64,000 bases of DNA from Hormiphora californensis (Eukaryota > Animalia > Ctenophora): contig CM035356.1 in the NCBI GenBank assembly GCA_020137815.1, forward strand, positions 3,534,001-3,598,000, written 5' to 3'. How positions within the stretch are numbered: the stretch's first letter is position 1; the number at the start of each line of letters is the position of its first letter. The translations under genes and the position numbers were made by a program. Under the pieces are notes generated by a model. It was not told the DNA's origin, did not search any database, and worked only from the letters and a program-made list of their open reading frames with translations. Below are positions 1-11,805 of the stretch, one piece after another.

Positions 1-1144
1 GTACAGTCAGTGTATGACAAGGTCAGAGCTGATCCCTTGGTGATAGCTGATGTCGAGGTGTGGTTACTGGTAGGGGTGGGTGGTGTTAGGTGTGGAGGCT
101 GGTGTAAGGTGTTGTGGGGGTTTGGTTTCGCGGTTCCAATTGGGGTTGGTCTGGCAACATATTTCATGTTAACTGTTTCAGATGCCTATGGAGAAGAACA
201 GTTCCTATGGCTCAGAGTTTACCACCAAGGAGTTCAGTAAACCAAGCCCTATACTTTCTGGTAAGAGAGATAGGTGATAAAATATTGTTGACAGGCATTA
301 ATTTATTTTTAGTTTTACCAGCCGCCGGCCATATGGTTGTCAAGAAGACGAGACAATTTTGAGGTTTTGATTTTTTTAATTTTTGATAGAGTTATCGGAG
401 ATTATTCTGTCTAATATGCATTGCTCATGATAAAATTCCCCTTCACCCATTAGCAACCTCAACGGGTTATAGACGAAACAACCCCCACCCGAGTAAAGAG
501 TTTCTGGAGTGGAAAATCCCCCGAGGTGGCGGTCTTGAGAAGCAGGTGAGAATCAAGGTGGGGGGATGGGGGGTTGGGGTGCCTGAGAATCATTCAATTA
601 CATTTGGTTATTTGTTACCGAGTGGCGAGTAGGTACCTACTTGATTTGGCAACACTTTACATACATCATTACGTGTTCCATTTTACAAGAGATTTGTAAT
701 TTTTCAACAGTTGACAAATGAAAAACAGGGTTAAATTGAATCAGGTTTTTCCCATTTCCCTCTGATTTCCCCCTCCTCTATCTTCAATTCTCTCAGGACA
801 GTCTAGATGAAGCAAAACTGCACGAAATCTTCAAGAAACAACTGGTAACGTCCTACCAAAACGACTATCTTGGAGTCCAACCCAGTGAAGAACTAGCAGA
901 GGCGCTGGCAAGGGGGTCAGGAGCTGAGATGGAGGGTAAAGTGTACTGTCTCGATACGAGTATGAGGCATGCATTCCAGCAACCATTTGTTGATCCAGAG
1001 ATACAGGGAAACACTAAACGGTATGACTGTAACGAGAAAAAGATGCAGAATGCAGTGGGGATTGTCCCCACAGTGCAGAAGACTAAACTCGCCCTGGCCC
1101 TGTCAAGCAAAACTGAGACTTCTTACACGTCTGAATTTTCTTAA
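1..1144 (+). CDS. TEX26-like protein, 3' part (5' end outside window); exons approx 1-57, 182-260, 454-545, 797-1144
   Basis: GT-AG splicing gives ...KPSPILSATSTGYRRNNPHPSKEFLEWKIP...TSYQNDYLG...GNTKRYDCNEKKMQNAVGIVPTV...EFS*. RRNNPHP and NTxRY..GIVP resemble TEX26-family motifs as I recall them. Confidence 0.6.
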
Positions 1145-1259
1145 CTAGAAAGTAACAATTGTTAGGAGAAGTGAGTCCTAATGTGAAGCAAACTGAAATT
1201 GACTCCGATACATTTGAATTTGAATTAAAAGAGTAATTTCAGTTCTATAATATGTATAA

Positions 1260-1535
1260 CAGTCGGACCCCGATTTACCAGGATGTTCGGGGAAACGGTT
1301 TTGTCCAGTAAATCGAGGTGCCGGGTGCCGGGTATGTGATTCACATATCGGCATTATCACAATCGGGGCCAAAATGACAAATACCGTCAATTTCATATAT
1401 CGGAGGAAGTTAATCCTCCTGGTAAATTGTACGGTGCCAGCCACCGATTTGATTCTCAAATCTGAGCGTGCGACAGTGTACACAGATGGCATGGGGTCGG
1501 CGGCAACAGACAGCCGATAAATCGGGGTCCGATTG
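1260..1535. mobile_element. MITE of the CAGTCGGACCCCGATTTA family (Tc1/mariner-like)
   Basis: Starts CAGTCGGACCCCGATTTA and ends TAAATCGGGGTCCGATTG followed by TA; related copies elsewhere in the window. Confidence 0.8.
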
Positions 1536-2298
1536 TAATGGGACATGGGTCTTCTGATAGACATATCACGGTGACCTGGTGCAGCCAGACAAGTATACAT
1601 TGCAAAATGTAATGTATAATGTATAGTGCAATGTATTTACCGCGCGTTTTTGGAATGATCGCGTAACGCGCGATAAAACTCATTTGTCGCAGTGCAGCAA
1701 CGCCGCGTATTTCAAATCAAAATCGTTGCGCGCGGCTTCTTTCGCGGAAAGAAAACAAAATCAAAAGTTTTGTGATCTCTCCAAAGACCAAAAGTTGGAA
1801 TGCGCTGCAGCCGGCAGCCCCCTCATGCGCATATTATAAGGGGCCTGCAACGTATGCCAAGACCAAAAGCTGTCTTGACGGTTGAAAAGCGCTGCCTTAT
1901 CCCGCGCTATCGGGGGCCAGCAACGTTTGCCAATCTTGACGGTGTGGACTGTGGAGTAAGCGCCCGTGCGGCACAAAAACGCTGTCTCCAGCTTTCTAAG
2001 ACAGAAATTTTTACTACTCCATAGTGACTGGTAAAAAAGTGCAAAAGATGTCCTCAGGAAACGCCAGAGCCCAGAATAATCCGTTCAGAGACCAGGACAC
2101 ACCGTGCTGCACGGTGTCTCCTGATATTCCGACTTGAAACTCACAACTCATTATTACATTTTAAATTTTCAAAGAGAATTAGAAATATTTATCATTAAAA
2201 CTTCTACAATATAATATTCTGTCACTGCATTGTCTCTACTATAATAGCTGTAGACTCAGCATGATTGTCTATTCTGAAATTTGATTTGCGTTTGAAGC

Positions 2299-4006
2299 TT
2301 ATTTGAGGTTTCCACTCTCTAAATTGCCAAGAATCTCCTTAATTTCGTCAATCGTGTCAGCTTGGACGTTAGTTGCGCTCAACTGGGGAAATTGAGTTTT
2401 ATCAAAGGTACTAAAAACAGTCGAAATGAACTTCAAAATCAAAATTAAAATGAGTTTCCACCCACGTTTAGATTGTCGATGAGTCCTTTTGTCGAGGTCG
2501 TGAACACCATCCTGTTCTTGATGGTAGAGGTCTCAGGGCACCACTTAATAAAGATAGACTTGTCTGTTTGCCGCTTGTCAACTGCAGTCTCAAACTCAAA
2601 GTTAAACAAAATCCATCGAGGCTGAGCGATCGAATTTTCATCTCCTGAAAATGAGAAAATTGGTTAAAAGTCCTGGGGAAGTTCTCTTGGTAGGCAGGGA
2701 CAAAATGTTACTGCAATTTCGATCTAGTGATGGAGAGGAGAGATTTACCGGATACGAGCTGATTGCACAGGACGGTAAGGGCATTCTTGGTGTCCTCCCT
2801 GGGGCTAACTCTCACTTCCTTCCTTATCTGCCAGTCCTTTTCGTCTGGGATTACACTCTGCAGGATTGGAGAATCTTAGACTCTACACATGTTGTGTCCA
2901 CTGCAATTCTCTTCCCCGGGAAGACTTCCCGTTTGACAGTGCGCTACATGGACTAACGACTAAACAGTGTTTAGTAACTAAAGGCTATTTTTTCAAATGC
3001 CTAATTTAATTCAAAATTTCACTTGGTATCGGGTTAAATGAGCTCCTACGATCATTCTAAAACATTTTATCACAAAGTTTTGGCTCTACCATGGCCCAAT
3101 TACGTTGGCACGAGCTATGCCCATATATGGGCATATTCATTTCAAAAAGTCTGTTTTAGGGCGTGATTTCGAACAAAACACACATATAAATCGTCTCGTG
3201 ACAACTTATACAACTGTTACTTTCAGTTTGAGTCTTCAGATATCCACTTTGTGAACAAAAATAAAAATTTTTCTCCCTTTTTTTCTTGCTAATTTTACCA
3301 ACTTGCAGAATCGTGGGGACGAATTTTAATTTTTTTCAGTTTTTTCTTGGTGGAAAGCAAATTTCGGTTGTAATCGACTAATTTTGGCCTGCGGAACACG
3401 ATCCCGTTCATGAAAAAGCTCTCAAAATTTAAGAACATGTCCAAAATGAACATTTTTTGTCAAAAATGAACATTTTTAGGTCAAAAATGAACTTTAGCAT
3501 CATTTAATGATGCATATCAATTCTTGTCAGTTTCGAGGTGCTGAACACGATCCTGAACATAAAAAGTTGATATCAAGAACATGTCAAAAACTGGTGAAAA
3601 CCACACATATTTCCCTGTTTTTACCATTTTTCGGTTAAAAACTACACTTTTTAAATCGCGATGCCAACGTAACTGACAAACACTATCTCGATTCTGTTTT
3701 GCTGATGTGATAGAGAATTGTCCATAGTTTCACATTAGCTAGATACTGAATGGCCTAGTCGAAAAAAATTTGAAATAGCACACCCTGCAGTGATTTCCAT
3801 TGCTCCAATCTTCTCAGTGTGTGTTTAGTAAACACACACTGAGAAGATTGGAGCAATGGAAATCACTGCAGAGATAGGTCTTGAGATAGACTAACCTTCA
3901 TGTCCGGAGAGACTCGGAAGGCGATGCACCTGAAGACTTTCTCTCCGGTCTGGAACTTGTCGTACAGTCCCTTGCACTCTGCATCGATAGCAATACCGGA
4001 GGCCAT
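2299..4006 (-). CDS. ADF/cofilin family actin-depolymerizing factor, paralog A; exons 4006-3896, 2857-2749, ~2646-2467, ~2382-2299
   Basis: Spliced translation MASGIAIDAECKGLYDKFQTGEKVFRCIAFRVSPDMK...QPRWILFNFEFET...DKSIFIKWCPETSTIKNRMVFTTSTKGL...GNLK* matches the ADF-H pattern (MASG start; W-x-P...K-x-x-M). Confidence 0.9.
2983..3787. mobile_element. Degenerate non-autonomous DNA transposon in cofilin A intron 1
   Basis: AT-rich block with internal duplications (GAACACGATCC twice, AGAACATGTC twice). Right end reads CAGGGTGTGCTATTTCAAAT on the minus strand, with a partial inverted match near 2983. Absent from the paralog B intron. Confidence 0.4.
3785..3871. repeat. Perfect palindrome, 43-bp arms with 1-nt spacer
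   Basis: CTGCAGTGATTTCC...GTGTGTTTA g TAAACACAC...GGAAATCACTGCAG. Confidence 0.95.
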
Positions 4007-4857
4007 GGCAACTCAACTATAGGAAGTAAATGGGCTTGTTATTGGAAGTGTGAATATTAAGCCAAAGGAGCTGTATTAGAACTTGTTTATTGGGATAAGA
4101 GAGTGGATAGGGAATGGGGGATCCGGAATGGGGGATCGTTTTAACTTTGGAGGTGTTCACAGTTCAAGAAAATTGGCAAACTTTACTTATTAGGAAATCA
4201 GCTGAACTTGACAAATGTTTTTCCTGACAAGACTTTTTATACCTTCCCGTCAGTATCGTAATGATAGCGACTATCGTCTATTTTATGCCCAAATAAGGCA
4301 ATAGCTAGTGGGCGGTACTGGCTCAACCCACAATCTAAGAATAGAAGTGGTGTATGTAGTTGTGATCTATCGTTTTGTTTTAATGCCCTTATATGGTGTT
4401 TATTTTCGCCCACCACAAAAAGAGAGCTGAGAGAGCTGCAATTATATTACATGTGTTCAACGGGCTCTCACTTTTAACCATATATGGTGTTGTTTGAAAG
4501 TTGCTCATTTTGTGCCCTTATAAGGCAATAGTAAACACTAGGCGGTACATCACAAAGCTAAAGCTAAGGAGAAAAAGAGAGAGCAGAATTCAGAAAGATG
4601 GGCGTGTTGCCGGTAATAGCTAAAAACATATGTATGTGGCAGCTGTCTGCTGCCCTTATATTAGAACTAATTATACTTGGCAGTTGGCAATACTGACTAC
4701 TGTATTAATTAATATGTACATGATATCTAAGTAGCCCGATGGGAAATGTATTGGCAATTCCTAGCTTGAACTCGGTACACTGATCCGTTCTCTCTCCCCC
4801 TGTAGAAATAAACACATGTTAACGCGGTGACAATGATGCCAGGTTACTAATGGGGCC

Positions 4858-7800
4858 ATGGAGTTTAGTTTTAATGTCAATACCTTATTACGAGATGAGA
4901 TAACTGTTATTGATAAGGATCATGAGGCGTTACGGTTTGGGTACTTTCGGAATCCAGCTGCTAATGGCAACAAGTTAGTTATCCCTCCACAAAACCCGCC
5001 AATTTTATAAGGAGGGATTTTTGGGGCTTTTGTGGTAAGACCATGAATTTATGTTCGCAATACAGTCGGACCCCGATTTAACGGCACCCTCGGGGGAAGG
5101 AGTTTTGTCCGTTAAATCGGGGTGTCCGCTAAATCGGGGCCGTTAAATCAGGGTTCGACTGTATATCGTGTTTACTTTCCTTCTCTTTTTCAGTCAAAAC
5201 AGAGATAACTTGAGAGAGGTTATCAATAAACTCGGACAGAAATCTGCTACAGTAAGTCTTACTTGTATTGAACTATAGCTATTATACCAACAAATCAATG
5301 CCCACTAGGCCGAGCACTATAGACTGTTGAGATCTTGATATAATACAATTGAAGGATTCCTTTTTTTAACAGTTACTAACTACTTCCAGGCTCAAGGCCT
5401 GAATGGATCGATAACATCATTTGAACAGTTGCTAAGTGGTGAACAGAGATGCTACATTCTAAAGGACATCGAAACTACCAAGTATATGATACATTGATTA
5501 GATAGTAATCAATGTACCAAGTAATTATGAAGTTCGTCCAATAGAACTCTCTTGCTTGATACTCTGTGATTGATAGTTCATAACTGTCCTTCCCTTTCAG
5601 TCCAAATGGGGTTGTAATTGGACTACTAAAAGTGGGGTCTAAGAAGTTATTCTTTTTGGTAAGACACACACGAGCCCCGATGTAGAAAATTAATAGTATT
5701 TGTCCCCGATATACCGGGCACCCCGATTTACCGTGCAAAACCCTTTCCCCCGAGCATCCCGGTAATTCGGGCTCCGACTTTATACCTTATGTTTCAGAAC
5801 AGTGAGTTGAACCAGGTAGAGGTGACACCACTTTGTGTCCTGGATTTCTATGTACACGAGAGTTGCCAGCGACGTGGCTATGGTTACCGACTCTTCTCAT
5901 TCATGATGCAGGTGGGTCGAGGTGGCTAAAAAAAGTAAAAGTGGGAGAAGGTGGGTAAAAGTGGTTCGAGGTGGGTAAAAGTGGGGTAATTTCTCCGAAA
6001 GGAAGGTTTTGAGTGTTTGTGATGAAGGAAGACTAAAGCGTGTAAAGAAATGTAGAAAGAAAGCTCCAGGTGTAGTTGCAATCTTACAAATTGCATCTTT
6101 AGAAAGAAAGAAGGAGAGAAAAGAGAAAGTTGTGGAGGGAGAGAGAGAGAATGAGAAAGTTGAGGAGGGCGAGAGAAAGAGTAAAAGGATGACTGAGAAG
6201 GGAGAGAGAGAAAGTGGAGGGGAGCGTGTTACAAGCAGCTTTGTATGTCTGTTTCAAGCTCCACCGAGAGGGGGATTAGAGAAAGAGGGACTGAGAGAGG
6301 GGAGAGGAGTGACTGAGAGAGGAGTGACTGAGAGAGGGGTAGAGATTCTAAGATGACTGGTAATGTTGGAAATGAAAATCAAACTACTTGGTAGCTGTCT
6401 GGGTGGGTGGTCGACTAGTTAATCTGTTGCAGGAAAGTAGCTGTCTGAATTCGCTCTTTTATATCTCCCTCTTGAAGAGAGAGATGTCATCTTCCTGTTT
6501 AAATGATCCATAATAAAATTGTAGTTATATCTCTGTTACCAACCAGGAGCCTCCACCCACTGATTGTTTACAACTCACCTGTTGCCATAGCAACCAGTCA
6601 CGTGACCCACACACTGATCACGTGACCAATGTTTCAGAGAGAGGGACGGGTACCAGGTGCACTTGCCATTGACAGGCCCTCTGAAAAGATGCTGGGCTTT
6701 TATAAGAAACGATTCAGCCTCTCCGCCCCGATGAAACAGGTATGAGACGGAGAGAGATAGGCAGAGATAGAGATGGAGAGAGACATATAGAGAGACGGAG
6801 AGAGATATGCAGGATAGAGATGTAGAGATAGTTAGGGGAGACAGAGAGAGAGAGAGGAAAATACCATGATAAATATCGCATGCTACTGCTGATTTTATCC
6901 GCAATACTCAATAGCACCAGTATAACAGGAACATGGTGGCCTCTAATGTCTAAAGTTATAAATCTGTCTGCTCATATAATTGTAGACCATAGACCATAAT
7001 TCAGTTTTACTATTCATGAACATTTCAATTGTAATTCTAACAGAATCTCAATACTGTTTCAGCCCAACAATTTCGTTGTGTTTAGGGACTTCTTCAAATC
7101 CTACGTTCCAACGTCCAACAAACGATGGCCAGACCAACACAATAGGGGACCTATCAAATTGAAAGGTAGGGCATCAAAATTTGCGACAAGTGTGGTGGGA
7201 GAAATGGCTCACCCTAGAACAATTGCAAGTTAATAGCAAAAATGCATAATAACCTGTAAATCACTTGTAATTCGAAGTTCAAACTAGTTTTGAAATAGTT
7301 TTGAAATTTTTTTAGAAAAATTTTAGTTTTGAAATAGCTTTTGAAATAGTTTTGAAATAGTTTTTAAATAGTTTTGAAATAGCTTTTGAAATAGCTTTTG
7401 AAATAGCTTTTGAAATAGCTTTTGAAATAGCTTTTGAAATGGCTTTGGACGGGTGGTAGAAATGGCTCATGTGGCTCATCTGGCAGCTGCACGATCATTA
7501 TGAACACAAGGACATTCATATAAAAGCGAAAACCAGTGTACCCGACTAATTTTAGTACGCTGAATCACGTGAGCAACTCTGGCAAGCGCTCAGATGTGAA
7601 GAAAGTGCCCTAATTGAGCATAATTGGGTGTAATTGACCGGACTTACAACTTTTCTCCTGGAAACGCTAGAAGTTAATGTGAGGGCACTTTTCCGACTAA
7701 CTTTGATACGCTCAATCACGTAAAAAACTTTTCCAAGCCCTCAGAGGTGAAGAAAGTGCCCTAATTGAGCAATTATGGTCAATTAGACCCAATCAGACTC

Positions 7801-9656
7801 AATTAGGGCAATTTCCCCGCCTCTTAGGGCTTGGAAAAGTTGCTTACGTGAATCAGCGTATCAAAGTTAGTCGGAAAAGTGCCCTCACATTAACTTCTAG
7901 CGTTTTCAGGAGAAAAGTTGTAAGTCCGGTCAATTACACCCAATTATGCTCAATTAGGGCACTTTCTTCACATCTGAGCGCTTGCCAGAGTTGCTCACGT
8001 GATTCAGCGTATTAAAATTAGTCGGGTACACTGTTTTTCGCTTTTATATGAATGTCCTTGTGTTCATAATAATCGTGCAGCTGCCAGATGAGCCACATGA
8101 GCCATTTCTACCACCCGTCCAAAGCCATTTCAAAAGCTATTTCAAAAGCTATTTCAAAAGCTATTTCAAAAGCTATTTCAAAACTATTTCAAAAGCTATT
8201 TCAAAAGCTATTTTAAAACTAAAATTTTTCTAAAAAAATTTCAAAACTATTTCAAAACTAGTTTGAACTTCGAATTACATGTGATTTACAGGTTATTATG
8301 CATTTTTGCTATTAACTTGCAATTGTTCTAGGGTGAGCCATTTCTCCCACCACAGACAAGTCCCCCTATGAGTTAAGTTGACCTTCATTTATCACAGCTA
8401 TTATTCATTGCCTTGTTCGAGTTTGAACAAAACAAATTATTCACTGTGTCCCTGCATATAAACGCTCTTCTCCTATTGAGTGATGTATACAACAAGCAGA
8501 CCAACAATCACGTGACACACCACGTGACGATTGTTCTGTGATTGTGTATCCAACATCCCGTGCATAATTATCACAGAAGGCTCGATCAGAAGTGTGGCGC
8601 ACATCGACGCGCCCTCTTCTGAGCAGAATAAACGTAGCGCGCGAGTATCGTGTTGTAAGAAAAGTGTACTGCAGCGCTCAACTTCTGACCCTATGTGATC
8701 CCCTTCCCGCAGCGGTTGAGAGGCCCCCCTCTGGCAAGAAGATTATCCCGGCACCAGTGAGAGCGGTTGTTGCACAGCCTGCTGCTCCAGTACTCGCACG
8801 ACAACCTCCTGCCCCCGATCCTCCTCTTGTTTTACCGGTTAGTGTGTCCCGGTTTGAAGTTAATTGTTTAACAACCAACGTGTTTACCTTCTGATTGTAC
8901 ATTGTCTCATGTCTCAGACAGATGACCAATGGGCCACTCTCAGGATGGGCTGTTGTTGTCGGGTAGCCGGTAATCCGAAGAGTGTCCCATCAACCATGAC
9001 TTGCCCAATCGACTTTCCAATCGTTCTGTCGGGGTTCTGTCTAGTAGAATTTCTCGGTAGTCTTTCAGAATTCAGTAGCCCGGCCACTGAACGACTACCC
9101 GGCTACTGAAAGACTGCTAGCCGCTGTCTACTGAGAGACACCGGAGAGTGACACCCATACAAAACCCTAACTGTGACATAGTTCAACTCACAGATATTTC
9201 TGTAATCGATCCTTTAGAATTAGAACCCAATCCCATGGCCACTCTTTCTTTGTTTTTACTGAAGCTGCATGAAACTGATTAAGATGTAACGCATGTTTTT
9301 CTGTTTCAGAGTTTGTTAGATCGGCCCCTTTCTCGTCTCTCAGCCGCCCCCTCTTCTGCCGTATTAAAGAAGCATGCCCAACTGAACTCCCCACCCCGTC
9401 TGGTGGCTTCCAGAGACAGAACTTTCTCGTGGTCAAGAAACAAGTATGTGCAGCATTAAAATACCTACTTCATATCTCAGGCCCACGCCGATTGGTCTTG
9501 ACAATTTCTAACTCATCCCCTGAAAGCATTATTGATACGATAACATTAACCATTAACTGTTTCAGTGTTTCAACGAACTATAATTACGTTGTGGGGAGTA
9601 GGAACGAGGTACCTGGGGGCCGTTATTCTCACTTTAACCGACCACGACCCTTCTAA
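4858..9656 (+). CDS. ATAT1: Alpha-tubulin N-acetyltransferase 1 (MEC-17); catalytic exons 4858-7166, tentative low-complexity tail exons to 9656
   Basis: Exons translate MEFSFNVNTLL..., VINKLGQKSATAQGL, VIGLLKVGSKKLF, PLCVLDFYVHESCQRRGYG, LAIDRPSEKMLGF, QPNNFVVFRDFF, which are canonical ATAT1 motifs. The 3' end (…RYSHFNRPRPF*) is inferred. Confidence 0.92.
5063..5161. mobile_element. Short MITE, CAGTCGGACCCCGATTTA family, TA TSD
   Basis: TA-CAGTCGGACCCCGATTTAACGG...CCGTTAAATCAGGGTTCGACTG-TA in an ATAT1 intron. Confidence 0.85.
5702..5781. mobile_element. Partial MITE of the same family
   Basis: CCCCGATTTACCG...AAACCCTTTCCCCCGAG...TCGGGCTCCGACT resembles the copies at 43600 and 48403. Confidence 0.6.
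7191..8354. mobile_element. Foldback element (arms approx 570-590 bp), TGT...ACA termini, 6-bp TSD GACAAG, in an ATAT1 intron
   Basis: GACAAG|TGTGGTGGGAGAAATGGC...GCCATTTCTCCCACCACA|GACAAG; both arms carry TTTTGAAATAGC 12-mer arrays. Confidence 0.9.
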
Positions 9657-9819
9657 GGACTGATTTTGATTATTTGAGTTGTAGATATACATGCATGATG
9701 AGCTGTTTGAAAACTGTGTACAGAGTGTCGCGTTTTTTGTTGTATTTTAGTGTTTCAGAACAGAAATATCCTGAGTTTACAATTCTCCCTTACCACTCCC
9801 TATCACTCTTGAATTACTC

Positions 9820-10432
9820 TAAAAACGGGGCACCACTGTCTCACGCGGCAACCCCAAAAACGGGGCACCACTGTCTCACGCGGCAACCCCAAAAACGGGG
9901 CACCACTGCATTATACGGCAACCCAAAAAACGGGGCACCACTGCATTAAACGGCTACTCTAAAAACGGGGCACCACTGTCTCACGTGGCAACCTCAAAAA
10001 AGGGGCACCACTGCATTATACAACAACCCCAAAAACGGGGCACCACTGCATTATACGGCAACTCTAAAAACGGGGCACCACTGTCTCACGTGGCAACCTC
10101 AAAAAAGGGGCACCACTGCATTATACAACAAACCCAAAAACGGGGCACAACTGCACTATACGGCAACCCAAAAACGGGGCGCCACTGCACTATACGGCAA
10201 CCCCAAAAACGGGGCACCACTGCATTATACGGCAACCCAAAAACGGGGCGCCACTGCACTATACGGCAACCCCAAAACGGGGCACCACTGCACTATACGA
10301 CAACCCAAAAACGGGGCACCACTGCATTAAACGGCAACTCTAAAAATGGGGCACCACTGTCTCACGCGGCAACCTCAAAAAAGGGGCACCACTGCATTAT
10401 ACAACAACCCCAAAAACGGAGCACCTCTGTCT
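9820..10432 (+). repeat. Approx 30-bp minisatellite (AAAAACGGGGCACCACTGCATTATACGGCAACCCC-like), about 20 units
   Basis: Direct inspection; the degenerate array resumes after 11806. Confidence 0.95.
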
Positions 10433-11805
10433 GGCAATTTCTGATTTGCCGCATACGGCGTCTAGACGGTATACCGTCTGGACGGGTTTCGGTGAAATCA
10501 GCTAAAAACGGTACCTTAATTGCTTGAGACGGGTTATAGACGGTATCAGACGGTCTCTAGACGGGTTATAGACGGTATCAGACGGTGTTGCGACGGTATC
10601 AGACGGTCTCTAGACGGTGTCTAGACGGTACCGTCCCGGCGTCTGGACGGCGTCTGGACGGCGTCTGGACGGCGTCTGGACGGTGTCTAGACGGTATCCG
10701 TCCGAAGTTGAGACGGCACGTCTGAAAATTGTACCAGACGTTGAGACGGACTTTTAGAACTCCGTCTGTATTTCAGACGGAGTTTTAAAAGTACGTCTCA
10801 ACGCAGTCTAAAGGAAAATCGATGAAAGTACCGTCTAGACAACGTCTCAACTGAAACCGGTCAACATACCGTCTAGACAACGTCTAGACAACGTCTAAAC
10901 AGAATCTCGCGATTCAGTTTCAAATAACGTCTAGACAACTTCTCCAGCAATTTCGATAAGAATACTGTCTAAACAACGTCTAGACAACGTCTCAAATAAT
11001 GATGTCTAGACTCGACCGTTTTCGAAGACCATTCTGGATTACCCATGCCAGTTGGAATTAGTGGTAGATGTGTGCCTATTGAATGAAAATTACACATGTG
11101 TTTAACCAGCACAGTCGTACCGCGATGCTCGGGGACGGGAAAGGGGTTATCCTCCCGGTAATTTTCGTACCCAACTTCAAATATACTGCCTATGGCTGAT
11201 ACTATCAGTGATAGATAGTGTCGGTTATGAGACGTTGTTTAGACGGTATCTGTATCGGATTCGCTTAAGACGTTGTCTAGACGTTGTTTAGACGGTATTC
11301 GTATCGAAATTGCTGGAGAAGTTGTCTAGACGGTATTTGAAACTGAATCGCGAGATTCTGTTTAGACGTTGTCTAGACGTTGTTTAGACGGTATGTTGAC
11401 CGGTTTCAGTTGAGACGTTGTCTAGACGGTACTTTCATCGATTTTCCTTTAGACTGCGTTGAGACGTACTTTTAAAACTCCGTCTGAAATACAGACGGAG
11501 TTCTAAAAGTCCGTCTCAACGTCTGGTACAATTTTCAGACGTGCCGTCTCAACTTCGGACGGATACCGTCTAGACACCGTCCAGACGCCGTCCAGACGCC
11601 GGGACGGTACCGTCTAGACACCGTCTAGAGACCGTCTGATACCGTCGCAACACCGTCTGATACCGTCTATAACCCGTCTAGAGACCGTCTGATACCGTCT
11701 ATAACCCGTCTCAAGCAATTTCGATACCGTTTTTAGCTGATTTCACCGAAACCCGTCCAGACGGTATACCGTCTAGACGCCGTATGCGGCAAATCAGAAA
11801 TTGCC
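10433..11805. mobile_element. Foldback element with 9-bp TSD CCTCTGTCT (Mutator/MULE-like, non-autonomous)
   Basis: CCTCTGTCT|GGCAATTTCTGATTTGCCGC...GCGGCAAATCAGAAATTGCC|CCTCTGTCT; long arms built from GTCTAGACGG-type subrepeats. Confidence 0.9.

Noticed and set aside
1780-1945. Imperfect internal duplication and short ORFs
   Set aside because: Decayed repeat with stops and frame changes; no evidence of function.
9820-10432. Regularly spaced approx 30-bp repeats as a CRISPR array, and the 180-aa ORF 9985-10527
   Set aside because: Head-to-tail units with no unique spacers, no cas genes and a eukaryotic context; the ORF is translated satellite.
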